DNA of 64,000 nucleotides from Myxococcota bacterium (GCA_044344255.1 JBIJDH010000002.1:288001-352000); one strand, 5' to 3'; counted from the first letter of the stretch, positions 49,525 to 61,469 are shown. Notes: generated from the letters alone by a model not told the origin. Translations and numbers: made by a program.

Positions 49525-50675
49525 GGGCTGGCCTGCGGAGGGGTGCCGGCCGCCGGGGCTTCGGCGCCGGCCGCTGGGGCCTCGGCGGGGGCGGCGACGA
49601 CGGCCTTCACCCCCGGCTTCATGCGGGCGAGCCCCTCGATGATCACCTGCTCTCCTGCCTCCAGCCCCGCGCGCACCTGCACCGACGCGCGGCTCCGCTG
49701 GCCGGCCTCGATGGGGCGGAGCGCGACGGCCCCGTCGACACCCAGCACCCAGACCGAGGCGCGGGCCCCGGACATCACGACCGCCTCGGTGGGCACGAGC
49801 AGGCCGGCGGGCTGTTCGGCGGTCACGACCCGGACGCTCGCGCTCATGCCGGGGCGGAGGCGGGGGTCTGCGGCCTCGAGGCGCAGGCGGAGGTCCACCG
49901 TGCGGCTGTCCTCGCGCACCCGCGGGGAGAGGAAGGTGACGGCGCCGAGGAAGGTCTCCCCGTTCGCCGCATCGACGGTGATCTTCGCCTTCTGGCCGAC
50001 GGCGAGGCGGGACAGCGCCGCCTCGGGGAGACTGAGGTCGACCGCGAGGGCCTCCAGGCTCTCGATACGCCCGAGCACGCGGCTCGGATCGACGAGCTGG
50101 CCGGGCGTGACCTCTCGACGCCCCATGATGCCGCTGAAGGGGGCCACGATGGTGGTGCGGCGCAGATCCTCGGTGGCCTTGATCACCATCGCGCGGGCGA
50201 GCCCGTCCTCGGCGGCCGCGCGATCGAGCTCGGCTTGGGAGACGTCCGCCCGGTCGAGCAGGGCGCGCGTGCGGTCCAGGTTCAGGCGGGCGAGGGTGGC
50301 CCGGGAGTGGGCGTCGAGGAGGGCCGCTTGGGCGTTGGCGTCTTGGAGGCGGACGAGCAGCGCGCCCTTGCGGACCGTCTCGCCGTCCTCAAAGTGGACA
50401 GATCGGACGAGGCCGGTCTGCTCCGGGCGGAGCTCCACCGAGTCCGGCGCCACGAGGACGCCGAGCGCGACCTCCTCCTCCTCGAAGGGAGCCGCCTCGA
50501 CGGTGAGCACGCGGACCGGCACGGGGGGCGCCGCGACGGGGGCGGCGACCGGCGCCGACCCACAGCCCGCGCCGCTGCCGCCGAGCACAAGGGAGCCGAG
50601 GCCGAGGGCGGCGCCGAGGCGGAGCCCCCGAGCGGCGCGGCGCAGGCGGGCCAGCTTCCAAGGGACTGCGCGCAC
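49521..50675 (-). CDS. RND periplasmic adaptor subunit (lipoprotein)
   Basis: Lipobox GAGC, V.KG.LL, I.APFSG, LRPGM and GLEAGEQVI.EG. Confidence 0.92.
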   Translation of the reverse strand: MRAVPWKLARLRRAARGLRLGAALGLGSLVLGGSGAGCGSAPVAAPVAAPPVPVRVLTVEAAPFEEEEVALGVLVAPDSVELRPEQTGLVRSVHFEDGETVRKGALLVRLQDANAQAALLDAHSRATLARLNLDRTRALLDRADVSQAELDRAAAEDGLARAMVIKATEDLRRTTIVAPFSGIMGRREVTPGQLVDPSRVLGRIESLEALAVDLSLPEAALSRLAVGQKAKITVDAANGETFLGAVTFLSPRVREDSRTVDLRLRLEAADPRLRPGMSASVRVVTAEQPAGLLVPTEAVVMSGARASVWVLGVDGAVALRPIEAGQRSRASVQVRAGLEAGEQVIIEGLARMKPGVKAVVAAPAEAPAAGAEAPAAGTPPQASP

Positions 50676-50747
50676 AGCGGCCTCCGTTCGGGGGGGCCTC
50701 CCGTATCGCTGTCACCCCGGCGAGCAAGGGAGCGCGAGCCGTTGTGC

Positions 50748-51302
50748 TCAGATCGCGCGAAACACGAGCGAGGCCGAGTTGATGCAGTGGCGACGCCCGG
50801 TGGGGGGCGGTCCGTCGTCAAAGACGTGCCCGAGGTGGCCGTCGCAGCGCGCACACTCCAGGGCCGTGCGCACCATCCCGTAGGCGGAGTCGCGCTTCTC
50901 GGTGACGTGGGCCGCCTTCGCCGGCCGGGTGTAGCTCGGCCAGCCGGTGCCGGAGTCGAATTTGTCCTCGCTCTTGTAGAGCGCCAATCCGCACCCCGCA
51001 CAGACATAGACGCCCTTCTCGTGATGATCCCAGTAGCGTCCGGAGAAGGCCCGCTCGGTGCCCTCTTCACGGAGGACGTTGAAGGGCAGGGGCTGGAGCA
51101 GGGCCTTCCACTCGGCGGGCGACTTCGTGAGCTTCTCGATGCGCTCGGGGTCTGCGGGGAGACCCGGGATCGCAGGCGCCGCGGGGGCCGACGCGTCGGA
51201 CGCCGACGCGGAGGGCCGGAGGCAGGCCACGAGGGCGAGCGCGCTGCCGATGAAGAGACGACGGTTGAGGTGGTTCCGGTTGGTTTCGGTTCGCTCGGTC
51301 AT
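50748..51302 (-). CDS. msrB: Peptide-methionine (R)-S-oxide reductase with Tat-type signal
   Basis: GTERAF, CAGC, KFDSGTGWPS, HLGHVFDDGP and RHCINS. N-terminal NRRLFI. Confidence 0.94.
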   Translation of the reverse strand: MTERTETNRNHLNRRLFIGSALALVACLRPSASASDASAPAAPAIPGLPADPERIEKLTKSPAEWKALLQPLPFNVLREEGTERAFSGRYWDHHEKGVYVCAGCGLALYKSEDKFDSGTGWPSYTRPAKAAHVTEKRDSAYGMVRTALECARCDGHLGHVFDDGPPPTGRRHCINSASLVFRAI

Positions 51303-51374
51303 CGGGGGCTCCAGGGTTCCTGAGCTGTACGTCGCCGCCCTTGAAACGGTCACCGCGCCGGACGCGCGGCACGA

Positions 51375-52601
51375 TCAGGGGCGGAGCTCGCCCGTCGCGA
51401 TCCCGCCGAACTGGGTGATGCCCTCGAGGGTGCTGCCGTCGAGGGGGGACTCTGTGGCCGTGTAGTCCCACCGATAGAAGTAGATCGCCAACAGCGCCCC
51501 GACCGGGAGGCCGGAGAAGGCCGACGAGGGCACGGTGGCGGCGCCGGTGTCGTCGGCCGCGCAGATGATCTCGGCGAGCTGGGAGCCGCCGTCGGCGCTG
51601 TAGACGACGATGTCGATCACCACGGAGTCCGAGACACCGGTCGGCGTCCAGCCGAAGCTGGCGGCGGAGGCCTTGAAGGCGGGGAAGGCGCTCGAACCGT
51701 CGCCCCAGATCGCCGTCGGGCTGAGCGAGTCGAAGCCCGAGGTCGAGATCAGGGCGTCCTCGGCGGTGAAGGCCTCGAGGTCGCCGCCGGCGGGCACCAC
51801 GAGATCGTAGGCGGCCGAGCGGACATAGTCCGAGGAGCTGAGGGCATCGGAGAGGTAGGTGGCGCTGCTGCCCGAGCCCGAGCGGGCGAGGTCAATCGAG
51901 CGGGAGCCCGACTCCAAGTAGAGGTGGCCGCCCGCGTCGAGGTAGCTCTCGGTCGGCCCGCCGCGCTCTGGATCGAGGGCACAGCCGCCGTTGGGGGGCA
52001 TCCAGTCGGCCCACGAGCCGTCCACCGGCTCATGGAGGGCCGCCGAGGCCGAGATGAGGAGGTTGGAGGTCAGGCCGAAGCAGGAGGGGCAGCCGACCAC
52101 GAGGTAGTCGAGCTGGATGAGCCCGCTCGTCCGCCCCGCTTCGGAGCCGCCGTCGGTGCCACCGTCCCCTCCACCGTCTCCGCCGTCGTCTCCGCCGCTG
52201 TCCCCGCCTCCGCCGGAGTCCCCCGGCGGAGGCTCGTCGCTGAAGGTGAAGGCGTCCTCCACGGTGAGCTCGCCGAGGTCGCTCGAGACGACCACGTCGA
52301 CGGTGGTCTCGGTGAAGACCTCGGGGGAGGTGACGATGAGCGTCTCGTCGTCGAGGTGGGTGAGCTCGACCTCGGAGCCGCCGAACCAGAAGCGGACATC
52401 GCCCTCGAAGCCCTGGCCGGTGACGGTCACCGTGGTGCCGCCGGAGAGCGGCGCCCAGGCAGGCTCAAGGCCGTCGATCTGCAGGCCCGCTGGCTCCTCG
52501 CCGAAGCCTCCGCCCCCACCGGCGCCCTTGTAGACGTCGAGCCCGACGGTGCCGCAGCCGAAGGGGACGCCGAGCAGGAGCAGGAGGGGGGCGAGCGACA
52601 T
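51375..52601 (-). CDS. IPT/TIG-domain lipoprotein
   Basis: Lipobox FGC, I....P....SGGT.VTVTG.GF and a Gly/Asp linker. Confidence 0.75.
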   Translation of the reverse strand: MSLAPLLLLLGVPFGCGTVGLDVYKGAGGGGGFGEEPAGLQIDGLEPAWAPLSGGTTVTVTGQGFEGDVRFWFGGSEVELTHLDDETLIVTSPEVFTETTVDVVVSSDLGELTVEDAFTFSDEPPPGDSGGGGDSGGDDGGDGGGDGGTDGGSEAGRTSGLIQLDYLVVGCPSCFGLTSNLLISASAALHEPVDGSWADWMPPNGGCALDPERGGPTESYLDAGGHLYLESGSRSIDLARSGSGSSATYLSDALSSSDYVRSAAYDLVVPAGGDLEAFTAEDALISTSGFDSLSPTAIWGDGSSAFPAFKASAASFGWTPTGVSDSVVIDIVVYSADGGSQLAEIICAADDTGAATVPSSAFSGLPVGALLAIYFYRWDYTATESPLDGSTLEGITQFGGIATGELRP

Positions 52602-52621
52602 GTCCGACCCCCCGACCGCGC

Positions 52622-53752
52622 TCAGAGCGAGAGGATGATCTCGTTGAGCAGGAGCTCCATGTCGTCGGTAGACTGAGCCTCGTTGTGGAAGCTCGTGTAG
52701 ATGGCGCTGCCCTCCTTGTCGAGGCGGACGGCGAGCGGCACGTTGTTGAGCTTCTCGGTGGTGATGTACCAGTCGTCGGCGAAGACGGTGGGGTCACCCT
52801 GGACGAGGATGTTGACGTCGGACTTCGTCGAGGTGGGCACGGCCCAGACGTCGAGGTTGTACTTGAGCTCGGCGGTGCTGCCGCCGAGGATGGCCTTCAT
52901 CGACTCGTCGATGACGTCGACCTTGAGGTCCCCGCTCACGCCCTTACGGGCGGAGTTGACGTCGGAGTCATTGCCGTAGAAGTCGACGGAGTCGGAGAAG
53001 GCGGCCTCGTAGAAGTAGAAGGCCCAGTCCGAGGCGTAGATGCTGCCCCCGCCGACGACGTACTCCTTGATGTTCGTGCCGATCTCGGACTTGTCGGAGC
53101 TGATCCAGCCGTCGGAGATGCCGCAGTTGAAGAAGATGATGTCGTACTCGGCCATGGCAGCGGGATCGGTGAGGAAGTCCACGTAGGCCGTGCCCGTCTT
53201 GCCGTTGATGGTGTCGTACTCGACGCCCATGTCGTTCAGGAAGGCTTGAATGCTGTCGTACTGACCCGTGATGACCGCGATCTTCACGTCTTCGGGCGAG
53301 AGGCACTCCTCCTCGGCCAGCTCGAGCACGCCCGGCTCGGTGAGGGTGACCTCGATGGTGGTGGAGAAGCTGCCCTTCTCGATGTGGATCGTCTGATCGC
53401 CGAGGGGGACGCCCTCGAGCAGGAAGTAGCCGTCGGCGTCGGTGACGGCCTCGATGCGACCGTCCATCTCGCCGTCACCGTCGGTGTCGACGCCCACCCA
53501 CGCCACCGCGCCCACCACCCAGGTGTCGCCGGTGAGGTCGCAGACGCGGCCCTTCACGCTGCCGGTCTCGGTGGTGCCCTCTCCGGTGTTCTCGCCGGTG
53601 CCTTCACCGTTCTCGTCGTCCTGCTCGTTCGCCGGGTTGCCGTCGGTGTTCTTCTTGATGTCGTAGTCTTGCGCGCAGCCCGCGGCGAAGGCGCCGAGGA
53701 GGCCGAGGGCCACGAGCGGGGAAGAGACGAGGCGGGAACCGGAAGATCGCAT
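52622..53752 (-). CDS. Lipoprotein with carboxypeptidase-regulatory-like domain and a class I glutamine amidotransferase-like C-domain
   Basis: Lipobox AAGC, TDADGYF.L.GVP, YDIIFFNCG, YV..GGSIYASDW and YTSFHNE. Confidence 0.7.
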   Translation of the reverse strand: MRSSGSRLVSSPLVALGLLGAFAAGCAQDYDIKKNTDGNPANEQDDENGEGTGENTGEGTTETGSVKGRVCDLTGDTWVVGAVAWVGVDTDGDGEMDGRIEAVTDADGYFLLEGVPLGDQTIHIEKGSFSTTIEVTLTEPGVLELAEEECLSPEDVKIAVITGQYDSIQAFLNDMGVEYDTINGKTGTAYVDFLTDPAAMAEYDIIFFNCGISDGWISSDKSEIGTNIKEYVVGGGSIYASDWAFYFYEAAFSDSVDFYGNDSDVNSARKGVSGDLKVDVIDESMKAILGGSTAELKYNLDVWAVPTSTKSDVNILVQGDPTVFADDWYITTEKLNNVPLAVRLDKEGSAIYTSFHNEAQSTDDMELLLNEIILSL

Positions 53753-53782
53753 GAGGACTCCTAGACCGCAGGCAAAGCTGGG

Positions 53783-53799
53783 TGCATGGCGCGGGCCAG
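53783..53799 (-). promoter_or_regulatory. Putative sigma54 (-24/-12) promoter
   Basis: Minus strand CTGGCCCG-CGCC-ATGCA (GG-N10-GC), about 30 nt upstream of the lipoprotein ATG. Confidence 0.45.
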
Positions 53800-53851
53800 C
53801 ATATCCCAAGCCGTGGCGTTCCACAAGCTGAAAGGGCCCGTCGTGGGCCGC

Positions 53852-55725
<1,874 letters not shown>

Positions 55726-55795
55726 GGCGGGGAGAGGAGCCTCCTAAGCGGGGTCCGGTGGCTTGCCGATTCGCGGCCCAAGGGCAGGGCCTGGC

Positions 55796-57958
55796 TCAGA
55801 ACTCGGCCCTCGCGCCGAGCAGCGGCACGAAGGCAGGGCCGACCACCCGCGCGCTCTCGCTGTAGTCGTAGCTGTAGACTTGGTAGAGCGTGTTGTTCGG
55901 CTTCGGCACGTACCAGGCCTCGGCGTAGAGGTTGAGGGTGGCTCGACGGAAGAGGAGGTCGCGGTCGAGGTGGAGGTCTATCTTCTGGTAATCGGGGAGG
56001 CGCTCCGAAAACGGGGCCCCCGCGATGGCGGTGTAGGTGTCCGAGTCGCCATTGTAACGGCCGCCCTCGATGGGCGTGATCGGTAGCCCGGCAGAGTATC
56101 GGTAGCGGAGGCCGACGTTCCATCGCTTCGCGAAATCGTAGGAGGCGACGAAGCTGGCGGCGTAGGGCTGATCGTAGGCGAAGGGGTGGTCGCCGCGGAC
56201 CGAGCGCCCGAGCGCGAGGGAGGCCCAAGAGAAGAAGCGCTCGCGCAGGCGATACCGGCTCGTGAGCTCGGCCCCCCAGGCGTGGCCGTCGACGGCGAAG
56301 GGGGCGCCGTCGGTGGGGGTCTCGACGGCGTCGGTGAGGAGGCGACCGTAGCCGTCCAGCGAGAGCTCCCAGCGACCGGCGACCGCGAGGTCGAGGCCGA
56401 GCGCGGCCTGCTCGGAGCGGCTGCGCCCGAGCTCGGGATCGCCGGTGACCGGCGAGAGGGCGTCGAGGGTGGGCGCCTGGCTGTAGTGGCCGATCGCGGC
56501 GCGCAGCGTGGTGTCCTCGCGGGCGGCCCAGCGGGCGCCCAGGCGGGGCTGCGGCGAGACCGTGGCGGTGGCGCTGTCGAGGTCGAGGCGGAGGCCAGGC
56601 TGGAGGCGGAGGGCGCCGAGGTCCCAGCGCGGCTCGGCCCAGAGGCCCCCTCGATAGCGGTCGAGCTGCTCGTCGACCGCGAGGCCGCGCACCAGCAGCG
56701 GCGCCTCGCGGTCGAGCTCTGGCCAGGCGCGGTCACGCGGATCGGCGAAGCGGGAGACCCAGCTCGCCTGGAGCTCGGCGCCCGCCCCGAGGGCGAAGTC
56801 GGCCCGGCGCAGGAGCACGAGCTCTTCGCGCAGGGTGGCCTCGATCGCCTGCCGCTCCTGGCGCGCCTCGCCCACCTTGCCCTGCCAGCGGTCGAGCACC
56901 AGGCCCACGGAGCTGTCGCGGGTGGAGCGGGCCCCCTGGGCCACATCGTGGAGCACGATGGCGTGGAAGCTTCGGGTGAAGGCGAACTCGGGGTTGTTCT
57001 CTTGCTCGACGGGGTCGAGCTTGGCGGTGTCGCCGGCGTAGCGGGTGTACTGATCACCTGCGCCGACCACCATCGCCGAGCGATGGTGGTCGAGGTCCGG
57101 CCGCTGGTCGAGGCGGGCGGTGTAGTCCCAGAAGGCGGGCCAGACGGTGTACTGGTCGTCGCTGTCGTTGACGAGGTCGAGGTAGGAGCGGCGGCCGGAG
57201 CCCGACACCACCCACTGGTCTGCGACCGGCACCTGAACGTAGCCGCCCCCCATGATGAAGTTGAGGTTGGCGCCGCCGTGCACCTTCACGGGCTCGGGGG
57301 CGCGGCTCTTCACCGTGACCACCCCGCCGATCGTGTCGCCGAAGGCGGCGCCGAAGGTGGACGGGTAGACCGCCAGCTCGTCGAGCATCCGCGTGTGGAT
57401 GACGCTCGCGTACTGCTGGAAGTGGTACAGGTAGGGGATCTCGATGCCATCGAGGTAGACGCGGCTCTCGCCCGGCGCCGCGCCGCGCATCGCGAGGTCG
57501 CCGGCGGTGGGGGAGTACTCCGGCGTCATCGTCACGCCCGGCAGGGCCTGGATGAGGCGGATGGGGTCGTCGTGGGTGCCGGGGGTCTTCTCGACCCGCT
57601 CGCGATCGAGCACCTGCGCCACGACGTGCGGCGTGTCTCGGCGGGCCTCGACCACGATCTCCGTCCCCGGCGGCGCGGGGAGCAGGAAGATCACGAGGCC
57701 CTCGGCGGAGGGGGTGGGGAGGGGAAGGGAGCCCGGCTCGCAGCAGGCGGCGAAGACCTCGAGGGTGACGGGCCCCCCGCTGAGCTCGATGCGGAAGCGG
57801 CCGTCCGGCGTCGTGACCACCTCGCGGCCCTCAGCCTGGACCACCGCGCCGGCGATCGGATCGCCGTTGCCGCGGAGGCGGACCACGCCCTCCTGGGTGG
57901 CGGCGGCGGCCTCGCTGACAAGGAGCTCGACGACCAGCGGGAGGAGCAGCGGGCTCAC
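55796..57958 (-). CDS. TonB-dependent receptor
   Basis: Signal peptide, plug (PG..DDP.R.IQALPGV, RG, YLYHF), barrel (PRL, RLPDY..IDL) and terminal Phe. Confidence 0.88.
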   Translation of the reverse strand: MSPLLLPLVVELLVSEAAAATQEGVVRLRGNGDPIAGAVVQAEGREVVTTPDGRFRIELSGGPVTLEVFAACCEPGSLPLPTPSAEGLVIFLLPAPPGTEIVVEARRDTPHVVAQVLDRERVEKTPGTHDDPIRLIQALPGVTMTPEYSPTAGDLAMRGAAPGESRVYLDGIEIPYLYHFQQYASVIHTRMLDELAVYPSTFGAAFGDTIGGVVTVKSRAPEPVKVHGGANLNFIMGGGYVQVPVADQWVVSGSGRRSYLDLVNDSDDQYTVWPAFWDYTARLDQRPDLDHHRSAMVVGAGDQYTRYAGDTAKLDPVEQENNPEFAFTRSFHAIVLHDVAQGARSTRDSSVGLVLDRWQGKVGEARQERQAIEATLREELVLLRRADFALGAGAELQASWVSRFADPRDRAWPELDREAPLLVRGLAVDEQLDRYRGGLWAEPRWDLGALRLQPGLRLDLDSATATVSPQPRLGARWAAREDTTLRAAIGHYSQAPTLDALSPVTGDPELGRSRSEQAALGLDLAVAGRWELSLDGYGRLLTDAVETPTDGAPFAVDGHAWGAELTSRYRLRERFFSWASLALGRSVRGDHPFAYDQPYAASFVASYDFAKRWNVGLRYRYSAGLPITPIEGGRYNGDSDTYTAIAGAPFSERLPDYQKIDLHLDRDLLFRRATLNLYAEAWYVPKPNNTLYQVYSYDYSESARVVGPAFVPLLGARAEF

Positions 57959-58899
57959 CGGATCACCACGCGCCGACCGAGCACCTCGTCGCGGGTGCAG
58001 CGGCCCTCGATGATCCAGTCGAGCTGAAAGTCTGCGCCGGGGAGCCCGCAGGCGAGGGGCTCGCCTTGATCTTGGGGGTCGGACACCGCTTCGGGATCGG
58101 CGAAGCCCAGGCCGTAGATGTCGTCGGCCAGGACGAGCGTGACCCGCAGGGCCTCACAGCAGCCAGCCTCCGCGCCGTCCGGGGCGGGGAGGAGCCGCTC
58201 TTGCAGGCGCACGAGGCCGGGGTCCTCTCCGAAGGCGACGTCGAACCACCGCCAGGCGTTGCCGCCCTCCCCATCGACCTGCAGGCTGAGGAGGAGGAAG
58301 CGGCCGAGGCCGGCGTCCTCTCGCTCCACGACCGCCGCTCCGTCGAAGGTGAGCTCCTCATCGAGCAGATCGACGGTCTGCTCGTCGAGCTCGAGCAGGG
58401 TGCCGAGGCCGCCGGCGCTCATCCAGCGCAGCGTGCCGTCTGGCGCGGCGCCGTCGGAGGGCTGGGCGCGGAGGCGGGCGTCGAGGCCGGCGGGGACCAC
58501 CGCCTCCACGTCGACCGCCTCAAGCGCGGCGCGGGTGGCGACGGAGACGTCGGCGCCGATGTCGACGGCCGAGCGGGAGACCACGAGCGAGCTTGGGGCC
58601 GCGGCGGCGGGCAGGTGGACCGACCCCTCCAGGGTCTCGCCGCCCACGGTCGCGCGCAGCTCGAGCAGGGCGCCGGGCTCGTCGGGCACGGCGACGTCGT
58701 AGCCCTCGCCGATCGGCGCGCCGTCGAGGCTCCAGGCGAGGGAGGGGCGCTCGTCGTGCCAGCCGCCGAGCCCGCTCCAGAGGGCGGCCCGCGCCGCGCC
58801 GTCCCGGACGCCCATCGCGGCGATCCGCGGCGGGCCGAGATCGTGGCGGTTCACGTCAAAGGGGGCCTGGCAGGCCATGAGCGTGAGGAGGAGGAGCAT
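57955..58899 (-). CDS. Hypothetical lipoprotein coupled to the TonB-dependent receptor
   Basis: MLLLLTLMAC lipobox. Overlaps the cobB stop and the receptor start. Confidence 0.7.
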   Translation of the reverse strand: MLLLLTLMACQAPFDVNRHDLGPPRIAAMGVRDGAARAALWSGLGGWHDERPSLAWSLDGAPIGEGYDVAVPDEPGALLELRATVGGETLEGSVHLPAAAAPSSLVVSRSAVDIGADVSVATRAALEAVDVEAVVPAGLDARLRAQPSDGAAPDGTLRWMSAGGLGTLLELDEQTVDLLDEELTFDGAAVVEREDAGLGRFLLLSLQVDGEGGNAWRWFDVAFGEDPGLVRLQERLLPAPDGAEAGCCEALRVTLVLADDIYGLGFADPEAVSDPQDQGEPLACGLPGADFQLDWIIEGRCTRDEVLGRRVVIR

Positions 58900-59633
58900 C
58901 AATCGCCCAACCAGCTCGCCACCAGGGCGGGCAGCGCGACCTCGGCGCCTTGGGCGATGAGATCGTCGAAGGTGGGGGAGCCTGAGGGCACCGGGTTGAT
59001 CTCGACGCAGCGGGCCCCGCGGCGGCGGGCCTCCCGGGCGAAGCCGGCGGCGGGGTAGACGACCCCGGAGGTGCCCACCGAGACGAAGACGGAGCAGCGG
59101 CTGAGCCCCACCGCGATGTCGCCCATGCGCAGCGGCACCTCCCCGAACCAGACGATGGCGGGCCGGGCGCGGGCGCCGCAGTCCGGGCACTGGCACTGGG
59201 CGGTGGAGCCCTCGGGGGCGGGGAGCCAGGCGTGGTCTGCGTCGCGCTCGCAGCGCAGCCACTCGAGGCTGCCGTGCATCTCGATCACCTCGACGGGCAG
59301 GCCCTCCTCGGCCGCCGCTCGCTGCAAGAGCCCATCGACGTTCTGCGTGACGAGCCGCACCCGCGCTGGCCCCCAGGCGGCCTGCAGGCGCACGAGGGCG
59401 CGGTGGCCGGGGTTGGGCAGGGCGGCGCGGGCCCTCTCCCGACGCCAATCGTAGAAGCGCTGCACGCGGTCGGGGTCCTCCCTCCAGGCCTCGGGCGTGG
59501 CCAACTCCTGGGGCTCGAAGCCCTCCCAGAGGCCGCCTGGATCGCGGAAGGTGGGGATCCCCGAGGCCGCGGACAGGCCCGCCCCGCTGAGCAGGACGAC
59601 GGTGGAGTCAGGTGCGGGGGGGGCGGGGAGCAT
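58899..59633 (-). CDS. cobB: NAD-dependent protein deacylase (sirtuin)
   Basis: GAGLSAASGIPTFR, FY.WRR, TQNVDGL, MHGSL, RP.IVWFGE and GTSGVVYPAA. Confidence 0.93.
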   Translation of the reverse strand: MLPAPPAPDSTVVLLSGAGLSAASGIPTFRDPGGLWEGFEPQELATPEAWREDPDRVQRFYDWRRERARAALPNPGHRALVRLQAAWGPARVRLVTQNVDGLLQRAAAEEGLPVEVIEMHGSLEWLRCERDADHAWLPAPEGSTAQCQCPDCGARARPAIVWFGEVPLRMGDIAVGLSRCSVFVSVGTSGVVYPAAGFAREARRRGARCVEINPVPSGSPTFDDLIAQGAEVALPALVASWLGD

Positions 59634-59763
59634 CGGTCTCCGAGGGCGCGGCTAACCCGAAGGGGCGCGCGGGACAGTCCGCGGGCCCCGGCGGGCGGCT
59701 TGGCCCCGCCGAACCAGACGACGACCCGCCGGGCGCAGGCGCCGCGCCTGGATAGTCGAGCCC

Positions 59764-61398
59764 ATGGACCCCGCTCCGCCGATCCCGCCGCCTCCGCCCG
59801 ACCGAGGGCCCGGCGCGGCGGCGCCCGGCGGGCTGCCGGCGCTGCTCGGCCTCGCGCTGGGCGCGCTGGTGGTGGCCCTCTCCTGGCCGATGGCGGCGGA
59901 CCCCGGGCGCATGGTGGTGGGCTCCACGTGGAATGACGCCTGCGGCATCATCTGGGGGCTCGACCACGTCGCGCGTCAGGCGACCGAGGGCGCGCTCTCG
60001 TTACACACCGACCGCATGCTCGCCCCCGCGGGGGCCACGGTGCTGGTGGCCGACCTCCCCGAGAGCCTCGCGCTCGCGCCGATCACCCGGCGCTTCGGGC
60101 CGGTGGTCAGCTTCAACCTGCTCCAGGTGCTCCACGTCGGGCTCGCCGGCTGGGCGGCGGCCTGGGCCGCGCGGCGGCTGGGCGAGGGGGCCGCCGGGCA
60201 GGCCCTCGCTGCCGCCGCCTTCGCCCTGTCCCCTGCGCTGCTGTCCTCGGTGGCCAACCAGAACCCGGACGTGACCGCCTGGTGGCCGGTGCCGCTGGTG
60301 CTGGCGCTGGCGCGGGACGCTCGCCTCCCGGGGGAGGCCCTGCGCGTCGGGCTCCTCGCCGGCTTCGCGGCGCTGCTCAACCCCTATGGCGGGGTGATGG
60401 CGGCCCTCTGCCTGCTGCTCCTGCCCCTCTCCCGGCCCGGCCTCGCGGCCCGGCTCTCCGCGGCGGGGCTCGGCCTCGGGCTCCTCGGCGGGGGCGCGGC
60501 GGGGCTGATGGCCTGGGCCACCGCCGCTCCAGACTCCGCGACGGGCAAGATCGGCCGCACCAGCGCCCACGGGGTGGCCACCCTCCTCGACCTCGTCCGG
60601 CCCTGGCCGCGGATCATGACCACCTCCACCGACGCAGCAGGAGACGCCACCTCGGTGGTGGTGCACGGCGCCTGGCTCGGCGGCGTGCTGCTGCTGGCCG
60701 GCCTCTGGGGGCTCCGCCGCGATCGCCGGTCCCTCCTCGTCGGCGCGCTCGGGCTGCTCTTCGCCCTCGGGCCCGTGGTGCACGTGTCTCCGGAGCGGGG
60801 CCTGTTCATGAGCCCCTTCCAGCTCGTCGAGGCCCACAGCGGCCTTGACCGGCTCCACCTCAACCACCGCTACACCGCGCTGGCGGCGCTCCTGCTCGGC
60901 CTCGGGGCCGCGAGGGGCGCCACCCGGCTCGGGCGGGGCGGCTGGCTCCTCTGCGCCGCAGTGGTCGCCGAGCTGCTGGTCGGCGGGCGCGCCGGGGCCC
61001 TGCTCCGCCCGGTCGCCCTGGAGGACGACGGCGCCGTCAACCTCCTCGCCGATTCACCGCCGGGCGCGGTCTTCGATCTCCCCGCGAGCCTCGACGAGGC
61101 CTGGCTCTGCGCCGCGGCGGCGCATGGCCGGCCGGTCGCCCAGGGCCTCAACCGCCCGGCCCCTGACAACGTGGTCGCCGCCCTGGAGGACGCCGATCCG
61201 GTCGAGCGGGCGGGGATCCTCGCTCGGGCCGGGTACCGGCTGCTGGTGCTCCACCCCCACGCCCGGCGGCGCGACGGGCTCGACCTCGTCGTCGACACGG
61301 CCGGCTGCTCCACCCGCAGCGGCGCCCGGGGCGCGCGCGTGGTCGACCTCTCGACCTGCCCGAGTGGCCCCAGCTCCGGAGGCGGCTCGTCGCCGTGA
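59764..61398 (+). CDS. Polytopic membrane protein (GT-C-like architecture)
   Basis: Many TM helices, early ND...IWG, AFALSP, NPY and LGP motifs, and a soluble C-terminal domain. Confidence 0.55.
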   Translation: MDPAPPIPPPPPDRGPGAAAPGGLPALLGLALGALVVALSWPMAADPGRMVVGSTWNDACGIIWGLDHVARQATEGALSLHTDRMLAPAGATVLVADLPESLALAPITRRFGPVVSFNLLQVLHVGLAGWAAAWAARRLGEGAAGQALAAAAFALSPALLSSVANQNPDVTAWWPVPLVLALARDARLPGEALRVGLLAGFAALLNPYGGVMAALCLLLLPLSRPGLAARLSAAGLGLGLLGGGAAGLMAWATAAPDSATGKIGRTSAHGVATLLDLVRPWPRIMTTSTDAAGDATSVVVHGAWLGGVLLLAGLWGLRRDRRSLLVGALGLLFALGPVVHVSPERGLFMSPFQLVEAHSGLDRLHLNHRYTALAALLLGLGAARGATRLGRGGWLLCAAVVAELLVGGRAGALLRPVALEDDGAVNLLADSPPGAVFDLPASLDEAWLCAAAAHGRPVAQGLNRPAPDNVVAALEDADPVERAGILARAGYRLLVLHPHARRRDGLDLVVDTAGCSTRSGARGARVVDLSTCPSGPSSGGGSSP

Positions 61399-61469
61399 TC
61401 GCGCCGCCGCCGTGCGATCGGGCGGATGGCGCCTTGCCCGCGTCCCGTCGGCGGAGGTAGCTTCGCGCC

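Noticed and set aside
47059..50883. Very long antisense or alternate-frame ORFs (1274 aa here; also 15317-17977, 2854-4896, 12584-14641)
   Set aside because: They are shadows of real genes in high-GC DNA and carry no recognisable motifs.
58899..59633. SIR2 domain as an anti-phage NADase (Thoeris/DSR type)
   Set aside because: It has the canonical CobB deacylase motifs and size, and no defence partners are adjacent.
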